Below, in pieces: positions 1 to 9,091 of a stretch of DNA of 46,593 nt. Location of the stretch: positions 1 through 46,593 of the IMG/VR virus record IMGVR_UViG_3300017645_000004. One strand, 5' to 3'. A model generated the notes under the pieces. The model made no database searches, was not told the origin of the DNA, and was given only the letters and a program-made list of their open reading frames with translations. A program made the position numbers and the translations under genes. The DNA comes from a virus (lineage: Duplodnaviria; Caudoviricetes). Position 1 is the first letter of the stretch. Each line of letters opens with the position of its first letter.

Positions 1-321
1 ATACCGGCGTATCCGGCTTACATCATTACCGAATTCGGCTCCGGCATGCGGTTTTTGTCGAGGAGAAACAAGGAAGCCACACAGTTCCCGCAGGCGGTAT
101 GGGCCGGTGGTTTCCGGTAGGAACCGGGGGGTACCTGGGGCGGTTCCAAAGCCCCACAGCGCCCTCAGGTCAGCCTCAGGGCGCCTGGTGCCGCCGGCCC
201 TAAAGGCCCGACCACGCTCGCGCCGGTTGCACTCGAATCCCGAGCGCCGACCGGCCGGCGCGTGGACTGGCTCGCACGGCCTCGCAGGCGCGCAAGTGTC
301 ATCGTTTATGTGCGGGAGATC

Positions 322-376
322 TGGAGCGGGCGAAGGGAATCGAACCCTCGTATGCAGCTTGGGAAGCTGCCGTTCT
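322..376 (-). pseudogene. 3' fragment of host tRNA-Gly(CCC)
   Basis: Anticodon arm GCAGC-TTCCCAA-GCTGC, T-arm GGTTCGATTCC and CCA end are present; 5' acceptor strand and most of the D-arm are absent. Confidence 0.9.
357..376 (+). repeat. Left att core GCTTGGGAAGCTGCCGTTCT
   Basis: Exact match to 46186-46205. Confidence 0.92.
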
Positions 377-413
377 CTACTCGATTTCCCAAGTACGGTG
401 CACGTTTCCCGAC

Positions 414-436
414 TTTTGGCTCCGAAATGGCTCCGA
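414..436. promoter_or_regulatory. Putative integrase arm-type sites (left)
   Basis: Tandem TGGCTCC at 11-bp spacing (417, 428), matching the pair at 46026/46037. Confidence 0.6.
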
Positions 437-445
437 CTTGCAGAA

Positions 446-519
446 TGGAGCGGGTGAAGGGAATCGAACCCTCGTCGTGAGCTTGGGAAGCTCCTGCTCT
501 ACCATTGAGCTACACCCGC
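446..519 (-). tRNA. tRNA-Gly(CCC), complete, element-borne
   Basis: 74-nt cloverleaf GCGGGTG...CACCCGCTCCA with anticodon CCC and encoded CCA. Confidence 0.95.
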
Positions 520-583
520 TTATCGATTTGCTCCGCATACTTACCGTGCGCCGCGTCGCGCTTCAATCGTTGCGATGCCAGCC

Positions 584-1006
584 CTACGGCTCTCCAAGGA
601 AGCGACGAAGTCGTCGCGCGAGCCGGTCGAGGTTTTTGGTCTCACAGTCCCAGACTGTGAGGACCTTCCAACCCTGCTTCCTCAGGGCGACCAGGTGCAG
701 CTTGTCGCGCTCGCGGTTCCCGGCCAGCTTGGGAGACCAGTAGCCCTGATTCGTTTTGACCCTCCGACCGAACTCCGGGCACCGCGGAGCGTCATGGGCG
801 TGCCAGAAGCACCCATGCACGAAAATAATTTTCCGGCGGGGGCGGAACACCAGATCGGGCCTGCCCGGCAGTCCCTTCATGTGCAGGCGGTAGCGGTAGC
901 CTAGCGCGTAAACGATTCTGCGGACTCGCATTTCCGGGCTCGTGTGCTGGCTCCGGATGCGCCGCATGTTCTCGGATCGTTGTAGTGGGCTGATGCGGTC
1001 GGCCAT
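584..1006 (-). CDS. vsr: Very short patch repair endonuclease
   Basis: MAD...RSENMRRIRS.HT.PE, LPGRPD, FVHGCFWH and TVWDCE motifs; next to a C5 MTase. Confidence 0.95.
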   Translation of the reverse strand: MADRISPLQRSENMRRIRSQHTSPEMRVRRIVYALGYRYRLHMKGLPGRPDLVFRPRRKIIFVHGCFWHAHDAPRCPEFGRRVKTNQGYWSPKLAGNRERDKLHLVALRKQGWKVLTVWDCETKNLDRLARRLRRFLGEP

Positions 1007-1101
1007 CAGAATGTCGTTAACGATTCCCTAGTAGGACTTGAACGGCCAGACCAACCCGGTACAAACGAGGTCCGTTGTGGTCCCGGTTGGGCGGAGGACC
1101 G

Positions 1102-2238
1102 GTGCCTACTCTCAAAGTAATAGACCTTTTCTGCGGCGCGGGCGGCCTGAGTGAAGGCTTCCGGCAGGCTGGCTATGACGTGGTCGCCGGAAGCGACTTC
1201 GACAAGGCTGCCGGCGCGACGTTCGCCCTTACCCATCGCGACGCCACATTCTTCCCCGGCCCCATCCAGAACCACGAAGCAAAAGCCTTCCTGAGGAACA
1301 CCGGCCTTAAGAAAGGGCAGCTCGACGTGCTCGTGGGCGGGCCTCCGTGCCAAGGGTTCTCCGTCTACAATCACCAGCGCGGTCTACATGACGAGCGCTC
1401 GTCTCTGTACCTTGAATACCTTCGGATCGTGAAGGGTCTTGAGCCGAAGTGGGTCGTCCTAGAGAACGTGACCGGTATGACCTCGGCGGGCGGCGGCGAG
1501 GCTGTCGATGCCATTGCCGGAGGTCTCCATGATCTCGGCTATTCGGTCGAATACCGCATCTTGAAAGCCGAGGAATACGGAATTCCGCAAGAGCGTCGTC
1601 GGCTCGTGTTCATTGGCAATCGCGTGGGCGCTCCCATCACGTGGCCGAAGCCCACGCATGGTCCCGGATTGCGCCCGTACGTGACGGTCAAGGAAGCGCT
1701 ATCCGACCTCCCCGTCTTGAAAAATGGGGATGATCGGGGAGTGCTGGGCTATCGCAGTGCGCCCGCCAGCGATTTCCAAGCTGAGATGCGGCGCGGCTCC
1801 TCAGAGGTTCATAATCATTCCGCATCTCGTCTTTCCCCGATCAACCTAAAGCGCATGGAACATATCCCGCCGGGTGGCTCGTGGCGTGATATTCCATTCA
1901 AGCTCCTGCCCGAAGGTATGAAGCGCGCGAAGCGATCGGACCACACAAAGCGGTACGGTCGATTGAAATGGGATGGCCTAGCTTCGACCATCTTGACGAA
2001 GTGCGACCCTCACTGGGGCGCGTATTTCCACCCGACGCAAGATCGCACCATCACTGTGCGCGAGGCTGCGCGATTGCAGTCGTTCCCTGACTGGTTCGTG
2101 TTTCAGGGCTCGCGCACGGAGCAATACGTGCAGGTCGGAAACGCAGTCCCGCCGCTGCTCGGTCGCAAGATTGCTGAGTGCATCCGCACATCGCTGCAAG
2201 GTAAGCGCCGCACACCGCTGCTTATAGCTGCGGAATAA
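1102..2238 (+). CDS. dcm: DNA (cytosine-5) methyltransferase
   Basis: DLFCGAGG, GGPPCQGFS, ENV, PQERRR, REAARLQSFPD and QVGNAVPP motifs; GTG start after GGAGG. Confidence 0.96.
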   Translation: MPTLKVIDLFCGAGGLSEGFRQAGYDVVAGSDFDKAAGATFALTHRDATFFPGPIQNHEAKAFLRNTGLKKGQLDVLVGGPPCQGFSVYNHQRGLHDERSSLYLEYLRIVKGLEPKWVVLENVTGMTSAGGGEAVDAIAGGLHDLGYSVEYRILKAEEYGIPQERRRLVFIGNRVGAPITWPKPTHGPGLRPYVTVKEALSDLPVLKNGDDRGVLGYRSAPASDFQAEMRRGSSEVHNHSASRLSPINLKRMEHIPPGGSWRDIPFKLLPEGMKRAKRSDHTKRYGRLKWDGLASTILTKCDPHWGAYFHPTQDRTITVREAARLQSFPDWFVFQGSRTEQYVQVGNAVPPLLGRKIAECIRTSLQGKRRTPLLIAAE

Positions 2239-2239
2239 C

Positions 2240-3160
2240 CTACTGAGCCAAAGCTGCTCGGATTGCTGTCTCGTAGACGCCCATCTGCGGCAGATTCATC
2301 GGTGACACGAAGGCGTAGGCCACCTGCTCCACCGTTGTCGTGAACGTCTCACCCTTCACTAATGCACGATGCTGGCCAGCTCCTGGGTTCGGCCCGAGGT
2401 CGTAAGCTTGGAAGGTAATTGTGCCCGCTGCGATGGGATACTCAAGAAGACGCGTCCCGAGACGCGCGCGCACGCGCTGAAGAACTGCGCTCGGGCAGAC
2501 GAAAAAGAGACCTTTCCCGCACAGGCGCTCTCTGCGAAGGACGTAGCCTTTGTAGATGAGCTGCGGGAGGATCCGTTTCGATACGTTCGCCCAATTTAGT
2601 CCGGCGGTGGACCACCCCGGCGTCTGGCCGCGAGCATCGGTGAACGCGGTCTTGTTGAAGTACGAAGCTGACTGGTCGCGGTAATTCCCCGTGGTGTCGA
2701 TCGTCTGGATTTCGACCGCAGTAAATTCCGTCATCTCCCCCGCATTGTTCAGCCGCGTCATAACGTAATCGATGAAAAAGCCTCCGGTGTCCTCATCTTC
2801 GGCACCGCGGGGCTGAGGAATCGAAAGCTCGCTCCCCCAGTATTTCCCAAAAACCGCAACCTCGTTTCCGGTCAGCGTGCCGGCGGCACGACGGCGCTTG
2901 ATCTCAGCCGCGCGGGTGAGCTGCACACCCGCCCCGAATGCCTGTACGGCGATGTCTCCGAGAGCCGCGTGATTGTTCTCGTAGAGCCTGTTGGGGCAGA
3001 TGATGACCGGCTGGCCCGCAGCCTGTTCCAGTGAACACGCGCCGTGCCGGGGCTTAATGCAGTCGTCTCTGACGAACGGGCAGACGGAGTGGTCAGCGTA
3101 GGGGAATCCGGCCGGGTCGAGTGGCGCGAACCCGAAGAATTCCACGATCCTAGCTGGCAT
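2240..3160 (-). CDS. NotI-family type II restriction endonuclease
   Basis: EFFG, CPF...C.K...G.CS...PVIICPNR Cys4 motif, D...VEIQTIDTTGNY and GLNW.NV.KRILPQLIYKG motifs. Confidence 0.85.
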   Translation of the reverse strand: MPARIVEFFGFAPLDPAGFPYADHSVCPFVRDDCIKPRHGACSLEQAAGQPVIICPNRLYENNHAALGDIAVQAFGAGVQLTRAAEIKRRRAAGTLTGNEVAVFGKYWGSELSIPQPRGAEDEDTGGFFIDYVMTRLNNAGEMTEFTAVEIQTIDTTGNYRDQSASYFNKTAFTDARGQTPGWSTAGLNWANVSKRILPQLIYKGYVLRRERLCGKGLFFVCPSAVLQRVRARLGTRLLEYPIAAGTITFQAYDLGPNPGAGQHRALVKGETFTTTVEQVAYAFVSPMNLPQMGVYETAIRAALAQ

Positions 3161-3229
3161 CTGACCCCCTGGCCCGTCCGAGGGAGCTTTTGTATAACGA
3201 TTCCCTTAATGAGTCCCAACGAGGCCGAA

Positions 3230-3475
3230 ATGCCTATAGGCGGCCCCCGCCCCCGCTACGACCGAAAAGACATAGAAAAACTACTGGAGAAGGTGCTCGC
3301 CGACATCGGGCCGGAGCGCTTCTCGGGCATGAAGCTATTGCATCTAGAAAATCTCGTCCGAACGTATCAGCCGGACCTTCCGGGCAAGACGCTCGTCCGC
3401 GAGGTCATCAACTCCTTCCGCTCCGCTCGGTGGGAGAGCTGCCGTCCGAAGAAGATGGACCGCTGGACCCGCTAG
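3230..3475 (+). CDS. Hypothetical protein
   Basis: GAGG-preceded ATG; fills the gap between REase and helicase. Confidence 0.5.
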   Translation: MPIGGPRPRYDRKDIEKLLEKVLADIGPERFSGMKLLHLENLVRTYQPDLPGKTLVREVINSFRSARWESCRPKKMDRWTR

Positions 3476-3610
3476 GTCGGCAATGCCGAGCGGCTACGAG
3501 AAATCCCCCGACTACGGCGGCCCGGAGCCGAAGCCCTGGCTGTGGGCCGCTGGGGTCGTAGCGCTATGCCTCTTGGGGTTGGGGTACTGGCTGCTGCGCT
3601 AGAGTGTTCG

Positions 3611-5131
3611 CTACTCGTGAATTTTTATCGTGAACCCCTTTTCCTGTAACGCCCAAATGCGCTTCCCGTAGTCGCGGATTTCCTGCTCGCTCATGATGAT
3701 GTCGTGACGTTCCGCCTCCTCGCTGTGCATGAGGCGGCCGGTTCGCTGTAGCTGCTGCTGACGCGACCCGTACAAGAAGTCCACCTCGATAATCTGCTCA
3801 AGGTCTTTGACTGACACCCCTACGTCGCCAACGCGCGACATTGCGATGACGTTGTTCTCCTTTACGATTGTGAGGCGGTTATCCGTCTCCCCATGAATGT
3901 ACGGAATGTCGAACGTTCGCCCGATCTCTTTTCCGAGATCAATTGAATCGCAGAAGATCATGGTGCGCTTCTTTGGGTCCAACAGCTCGCGAAGTTTTCT
4001 GAGCTTTGCCTCTTTGCCGCTCCGCACGATATGGACGTGTATCGGGTGATAGGAGCGCCCTGTCTCCTTCATGTACTCCTGCCAATTGAGGCCGACGGGG
4101 AACCCGGTCAACGCAATCACATATGGTTCGCGGCCGTCTTCCCGGTGCGGAGAGGCGGAGAGACCTATCCGATACTTCGTCTTGAGGAACGCAAGGCGAG
4201 AGAACGTATCAGCCGGCAGGTACTGACATTCGTCGAATGCAACCACCGTGTATTGCGTATCTTCCCACATGCGGCGATTGGTGCTGTAGGTGAAGACATC
4301 GATCTCGTGTTTGCGATCCGGGATATTTTGATTGATGTACTCATGCCACTGCTCCTTGAGTGTCACAGTCGGCACGAAGATCGCCTTGCGCCCCTGCACG
4401 ATGTCGAAGAGGTGCATGGTGATGAATGACTTGCCCGCACCAGTTGGATGGAACGCGCCGATGGCGCCGGTCCGAAGGAACTCAGCCTTCGCAGGCAACT
4501 GGTGCGGCTTGAGGACTATTTTGCCTGATGGGGCGCGCAGGTCTGCCTTATCGACCGGCTGCGCCTTGAATGGCAAGCAACCGCTCTTCACCATCTCAAC
4601 GATTACATCGAACTCATAGCCCTTCTTGATCGTCGCCTGGGTGTCGCCGATCTTGCCATCGCTCAGATACGGACGGAGAGCTTTAACAACCTCGGCGCGC
4701 TGCTCGCGCTCGAACGTGATGGTGTTACCTTCGACTGTGGCATTGAACGCCTGCTTGAAGTCGATTTCCGCCAAAAGGTCTGCGGGAGCGTCGCCCAACC
4801 ACGCAGAATACTGATCGAAAGAGTAGATGTAGTAGCTCTCGGTCTCCTTCCAGAGCCACCCAGCCGCGAAGTTCTTGATAAACTTCGGAACGGCCACCAG
4901 TATTTTATGTCGCCCCAGCGGGATAATGACGTAGGGCTTCTTGAAGAATTTAAGGAGCGCATCGCTGTCGATTTTGTCTCCGACTTTCAGGTCGAGAGCA
5001 TTGACGAGCTGCTTTTGGTGCTTCTCCTCGGCTTTCTGCTGTCGGACTATCTGTTGGAGCTTGTTGCGCGCCTCCTCTATCGTCCGCTCGATCTGGTCCA
5101 GTTCGCGGAGCGACGCATTTACATCGTGCAT
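3611..5131 (-). CDS. SF2 (XPB/Rad25-like) DEAD-box helicase with N-terminal coiled coil
   Basis: PTGAGKS, FDECQ, GLSASPHREDG and QRTGRLM motifs. Confidence 0.9.
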   Translation of the reverse strand: MHDVNASLRELDQIERTIEEARNKLQQIVRQQKAEEKHQKQLVNALDLKVGDKIDSDALLKFFKKPYVIIPLGRHKILVAVPKFIKNFAAGWLWKETESYYIYSFDQYSAWLGDAPADLLAEIDFKQAFNATVEGNTITFEREQRAEVVKALRPYLSDGKIGDTQATIKKGYEFDVIVEMVKSGCLPFKAQPVDKADLRAPSGKIVLKPHQLPAKAEFLRTGAIGAFHPTGAGKSFITMHLFDIVQGRKAIFVPTVTLKEQWHEYINQNIPDRKHEIDVFTYSTNRRMWEDTQYTVVAFDECQYLPADTFSRLAFLKTKYRIGLSASPHREDGREPYVIALTGFPVGLNWQEYMKETGRSYHPIHVHIVRSGKEAKLRKLRELLDPKKRTMIFCDSIDLGKEIGRTFDIPYIHGETDNRLTIVKENNVIAMSRVGDVGVSVKDLEQIIEVDFLYGSRQQQLQRTGRLMHSEEAERHDIIMSEQEIRDYGKRIWALQEKGFTIKIHE

Positions 5132-5149
5132 ACGATTTGCGGCTATACT

Positions 5150-5293
5150 TTAGTCTTTTAAGCGGAACGTAATGTCTGCGTGTAACCACGCCACGATCAC
5201 GAACCGTTCGCGCTGTGTCCAGCAAATTGCGACTGTGGGGATCAGGAGGAACGCGCCGTATCCTCCTCTGTCGGCATTGAATTTGACTTCCAT
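5150..5293 (-). CDS. Small hypothetical protein
   Basis: Co-directional ORF in a packed operon. Confidence 0.4.
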   Translation of the reverse strand: MEVKFNADRGGYGAFLLIPTVAICWTQRERFVIVAWLHADITFRLKD

Positions 5294-5315
5294 AGTATTT
5301 CGATTGCTGCGTCTC

Positions 5316-5585
5316 TTAGAACCCAAGCGCAATCGTCTTGGCCTGCGGTCCGCTGGTAACTGTCGGCACCGGCCGTGGCTCTACGATCTTGTACATCTCG
5401 AACGGATGCGCGCCCGGATACTTTCGCTGCCCCACACTCACGATCTGGACGCCCGCCTGCCTTAGCTCGGTTATGCGGCCTGACGGACAGCTCACGAATA
5501 TGTCGCGCTGGATGTCGCGCGTTGTGCAGCCTGGGTGGGCTTTGATGTAATCGTAGACCTTCTGTTGCTGTTTGGTGAGTTTCAT
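5316..5585 (-). CDS. Winged helix-turn-helix protein
   Basis: LTKQQQKVYDYIKAHPGCTTRDI...SGRITELRQAG pattern. Confidence 0.7.
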   Translation of the reverse strand: MKLTKQQQKVYDYIKAHPGCTTRDIQRDIFVSCPSGRITELRQAGVQIVSVGQRKYPGAHPFEMYKIVEPRPVPTVTSGPQAKTIALGF

Positions 5586-5827
5586 AGAGATACGCCAATT
5601 CGAGCGCACGCCTTGTAATCGTCGCGCGTGAGCAAGAGCGGCATCCGCACGGCCGTCACCTCAACTCCATCGCTGGTCGCGTCATACATCCGCGCGTCTC
5701 GGACGGCGGCCACGCCCTTTGCCTTGTAACATGTCCGCACGTTCCGCAGCCGCATTTGACCGAGCGCGAAGTTCATCGCGACGAGCGCGAGAATGAAGAT
5801 GACGGCGAGCAGGTTCGATTTCGACAT
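5582..5827 (-). CDS. Small protein with N-terminal membrane anchor
   Basis: Hydrophobic N-terminus; ATGA coupling to the next gene. Confidence 0.55.
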   Translation of the reverse strand: MSKSNLLAVIFILALVAMNFALGQMRLRNVRTCYKAKGVAAVRDARMYDATSDGVEVTAVRMPLLLTRDDYKACARIGVSL

Positions 5828-5828
5828 A

Positions 5829-6017
5829 CTATGCGACCGACCCGCGCACCTTCGGCCCGCGGTTCTTCTTATCTTCTAAGTCCTGCAATTCATTCAGGTG
5901 CTCGTCCATCGACACGCGCTTGCCGCCGCGTCTCAGGGACTTCCTCATGACTGCCTTGTTGAGCCGTTCGCGCGTGCGCTCGGAGCAAGAGAGTGATGTT
6001 TTCATGTCAGTTTTCAT
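5829..6017 (-). CDS. Small, possibly ribbon-helix-helix DNA-binding protein
   Basis: TSLSCSERTRERL...SMDEHLNEL pattern. Confidence 0.45.
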   Translation of the reverse strand: MKTDMKTSLSCSERTRERLNKAVMRKSLRRGGKRVSMDEHLNELQDLEDKKNRGPKVRGSVA

Positions 6018-6507
6018 TAACAGCCGCTTTGTGGGCGCGGCCTATACCAGGAGTGTCGTAGTTGCTGATGTAGCCAAGCTCCTCCATGCTCGGCACCTTG
6101 ACCTCTAGTTCTTCGCAGAGTTGAAGGTCGTATTCGATAAGCGCCATCATGTCGCCCTTCGGCATCTTGGCGCTTTCGGAAACCGAACGGCGCACTGCCA
6201 CCGTCCGGTCTCCGATCGTTACGTGCCGCTCGCCGAACTTCAGGCGCACGACGGCATCGTGCATCTCGTCCTTGGTGTATCCGCAGTGCTTGGCGAGGTA
6301 GCCGATGAGGACGAAGTGGTAGGCGAGCTGCTGGTCGCTGCGGGTCGCCTTGTACTCCTCGAAGACCGCCGCAAGCCGGGTGCCCTCGGGGATGTCGGAG
6401 AGCTGCTGAAGGTAGTGCGCTCGTGAGTTGGGCACCCAGCGCTTCTGCCCGACGATGTCGGCGACCTGGCCTATGACGGTGAACAGGGGCTTGCGGGTTG
6501 AGGACAT
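6007..6507 (-). CDS. NinB/Orf-like recombination accessory protein
   Basis: RS.QQ..Y...LI..LA...GYT.DE.H and S...M.K..M..LIE motifs. Confidence 0.55.
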   Translation of the reverse strand: MSSTRKPLFTVIGQVADIVGQKRWVPNSRAHYLQQLSDIPEGTRLAAVFEEYKATRSDQQLAYHFVLIGYLAKHCGYTKDEMHDAVVRLKFGERHVTIGDRTVAVRRSVSESAKMPKGDMMALIEYDLQLCEELEVKVPSMEELGYISNYDTPGIGRAHKAAVNEN

Positions 6508-6510
6508 AGG

Positions 6511-6735
6511 CTAGAAGTCGTCGCCGCCTTCACTTGGCTTCTGATCTCGGTCCCGTTCCTCGAACACACTGAAACGCGTCTCGGGGAACATGTGAAGCTC
6601 GATGCTAAATGACTCCGGCTTATCCTCTTTGGCGGGCCACTGAATGAGCTGGCCGACAGTGCGCCACGCTTTCTTTGTCTCTCCGTTCTTCTCGTAAGTT
6701 CGTGCTGTGCAGATGTTGAATCGCTTCATATTCAT
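6511..6735 (-). CDS. Small putative ssDNA-binding protein
   Basis: YEKNGETKKAW..VG motif and acidic DDF tail; next to the recombinase. Confidence 0.55.
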   Translation of the reverse strand: MNMKRFNICTARTYEKNGETKKAWRTVGQLIQWPAKEDKPESFSIELHMFPETRFSVFEERDRDQKPSEGGDDF

Positions 6736-6872
6736 TCGTTGATGTAATTCGTAATGATACCCGTTAGGAGTGCTCTATCCTCTTGCGTGAAGACGTCGGC
6801 ACGCCGCAACTGATCCCCGCATCCACCCGCCTGACGAGCACACTCTGGATGTGGGTTCGGATGTACTTTCAT
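6732..6872 (-). CDS. Small hypothetical protein (46 aa)
   Basis: Fills the gap exactly, with ATGA overlap to the next gene. Confidence 0.4.
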   Translation of the reverse strand: MKVHPNPHPECARQAGGCGDQLRRADVFTQEDRALLTGIITNYINE

Positions 6873-6875
6873 ACG

Positions 6876-7385
6876 CTAATTCTTACCGGCACTAATGCCG
6901 TATGTTTTTATAAGCTCCGCTCCGGGTACGACTATCCCGGCTTTGAGCGCATGTTCGATCTTCGCAGCGTCCGGCGAGCAGAATTGAGCCGGTATCGCTG
7001 CGGCGTCTGTGATGTTGACTTGCGTTCGCTCCACGACCGTCACCTTGCCGCGTAGCCCGTTGATGGTGTTGTCGGTCTGTTTCCCCTTCTTCCAATTCCG
7101 CTCATGAAAGGCGAGTATCGCGTCCTTCGCTGCGGCCTCCGCCTCGGCGCACTGCTCTTCGAGCGGCTTGAACAGCTTGCGAGCTGATTTAAGGCCATCA
7201 TTGAGCGGCTTCGTGATCTCTTCCTTGCGAGCGGTAATGCTCTCCCCGAGCGTCTTCACGTCGAGCAAGAAGTCGGCCGCATCCATTGCTTGCTCGTGCG
7301 TCTTGACCGTGATGGCCTTCGCTCGTTCGACGAGCTGCCCGGCTGACGGTTGATACTCTGCGACTGCCTTTTCTGGGTTGTCCAT
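6876..7385 (-). CDS. Siphovirus Gp157-like coiled-coil protein
   Basis: C-terminal I.D...IP..F..PD..KI..ALKAG..VPGAEL motif. Confidence 0.65.
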   Translation of the reverse strand: MDNPEKAVAEYQPSAGQLVERAKAITVKTHEQAMDAADFLLDVKTLGESITARKEEITKPLNDGLKSARKLFKPLEEQCAEAEAAAKDAILAFHERNWKKGKQTDNTINGLRGKVTVVERTQVNITDAAAIPAQFCSPDAAKIEHALKAGIVVPGAELIKTYGISAGKN

Positions 7386-7388
7386 ACG

Positions 7389-8258
7389 CTATGCGTTTTC
7401 GCTTACGACCTGCGCGAGCGGATCTTGGTTGTCTATGATCTCGCGCAGCTTGGTAATGATTGCCTCACAGTTCTCCCGCGTGTAGTCGAGGCCGGTCAGC
7501 TCTTTGACGACTTCCTTTCGTGCCGGCTTCCCGAGCGTGTCTCTGAGGAGTGACTTGATCTCAGCGCGTTGCGCTTCATAGATTTCATCGGCCACGGCTT
7601 CCTGCTTGGCTGAGCTACCGCCTGCCTCGTCCTCGGACGGAGGCACGACGCGCTTCATCTCGTAACGCACCGGCTCCGGCTGCGGCTGCTCCGCATCCGC
7701 CTGGGCCATTTCCTCGTTGGTGTAGAGGCCCGAGAGGTCATTCGGGAACGCTTTGCGGAGTGCCAGTGCCTCAGCGACCTTTGCCAGCATGAGGTATGGC
7801 ATCTTCTTCCACATGGCGACGGGGTTGCCGTCCTTATCCGTCTGCGCGTACTCCTTCCAGCGAGCGGAAGCTGTGAACGGAACGCGCTCGCCGCCGACGC
7901 TGCGGTACACGGTCACGGTCGCCTTATTCGGGTGGTTGTTCTCCTCACTGTCGAATATGGCGTCCTCGATACCGGCGAGGCCGTTGCGGGCCGCGACGAC
8001 GCGGTAGCCGTCGATACCGGTTTGGATCGTGCCTACCTCGTCGTACTGCTTCGTCCGGCTGTTGTAGACGCGGCGCTTGATGAAGTGAATTTGCTTCGTA
8101 AGCGGATCGAGCTGCGTACGGTTCGCGGTGTAGAGAAACAGCTTCAGCTCGTTGTCGGTCGCGCCGCGTGCGACGGTAGCCTTTATAAGGTCGATCTGCT
8201 CTCTGCTTATTCCCGCCGTAAGCGACTGCTCACTGCGGGTCACTATTCCATTGCTCAT
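7389..8258 (-). CDS. bet: Phage recombination protein Bet (RecT/Red-beta)
   Basis: LDPLTKQIHF, IQTGIDGYR, W.KMP..MLAKVAEA.ALRKAFP and GLYT.EEM motifs. Confidence 0.92.
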   Translation of the reverse strand: MSNGIVTRSEQSLTAGISREQIDLIKATVARGATDNELKLFLYTANRTQLDPLTKQIHFIKRRVYNSRTKQYDEVGTIQTGIDGYRVVAARNGLAGIEDAIFDSEENNHPNKATVTVYRSVGGERVPFTASARWKEYAQTDKDGNPVAMWKKMPYLMLAKVAEALALRKAFPNDLSGLYTNEEMAQADAEQPQPEPVRYEMKRVVPPSEDEAGGSSAKQEAVADEIYEAQRAEIKSLLRDTLGKPARKEVVKELTGLDYTRENCEAIITKLREIIDNQDPLAQVVSENA

Positions 8259-8284
8259 ATCATTGTGGTTGTTATCTCTTAATC

Positions 8285-8476
8285 TCAGGCGGTCGCCTGC
8301 GCAGTCATGGCCGCTAAGGATATGACCGCAGCGACCTGCCAGAGAGCTGCGAGCATCCACCTGTTGTTGAAGTAGATGCGGATGGTTGCGAGTGTGAGCT
8401 GCCACGATCTGGCCCGCTTCTCGCGCTGTAGCTCGCTGATGCGGACGGTGCCGAGTGTTGAGTGGTAGCGGGTCAT
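8285..8476 (-). CDS. Small membrane protein
   Basis: Hydrophobic C-terminus; ATGA-coupled to YopX. Confidence 0.45.
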   Translation of the reverse strand: MTRYHSTLGTVRISELQREKRARSWQLTLATIRIYFNNRWMLAALWQVAAVISLAAMTAQATA

Positions 8477-8838
8477 ACGAGGTCGCTATTCTCGTAGACG
8501 TTGCCGATGACTTCAGCCATTGAGGCAGCGCGACCTAATACGCTCTCGCTTGTCCAGTAGGAACCTTCTTTGAAGAAGACAGCGCCGCTTGGCTTCTGTC
8601 CATTGAACGAAAGCAAGTCCCCCTCATAAATCGGTTTCCCGTTCTTGTCGTGGAGGCCGGTGAATTGCACTAGTTCGACATCTTCTATGGGTATGAATTG
8701 GTCGCAGCCATCATCCATCTCAACAATAACGCCCGACCTCCCTTTCAGACTTGTAATTGGTTTGTACCAACTCAAACCACTGACGTATCGCCACCTCTTT
8801 GCTATCTTGTCCCACGCCCTGAATTTTATTTCTCTCAT
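8473..8838 (-). CDS. YopX family phage protein
   Basis: MREIKFRAWD, QFTGLHDKNGKPIYEGD and EVIGNVYEN motifs. Confidence 0.95.
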   Translation of the reverse strand: MREIKFRAWDKIAKRWRYVSGLSWYKPITSLKGRSGVIVEMDDGCDQFIPIEDVELVQFTGLHDKNGKPIYEGDLLSFNGQKPSGAVFFKEGSYWTSESVLGRAASMAEVIGNVYENSDLV

Positions 8839-8972
8839 ATCTCATTGTGATTGATTATCCCCTTACGCTGGCCGCCCTTGCGAGTGAGCCAGCATACGAG
8901 GCGCAAAGGCTTGTAATGCTTGGTAATGGTGTCGAGAGCGGAGCGGGCGAGGTTTGACTCGCAGTTAGACAT
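8835..8972 (-). CDS. Small hypothetical protein
   Basis: ATGA overlap with YopX. Confidence 0.35.
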   Translation of the reverse strand: MSNCESNLARSALDTITKHYKPLRLVCWLTRKGGQRKGIINHNEI

Positions 8973-9091
8973 TGAAGAGTCCAGCGCCTCAGTGTCAAAA
9001 GAGTAACCAAGGATGTTTATTCTCTTGCAAGTACGGCTCACTGTCCGCCACCGCTCCATTCCATTCTCGACGTTGTGTGATGAGTAACTCG

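Noticed and set aside
107-743. ORFs 107-457, 262-480 and 438-743
   Set aside because: Antisense shadows of the tRNA-Gly sequences
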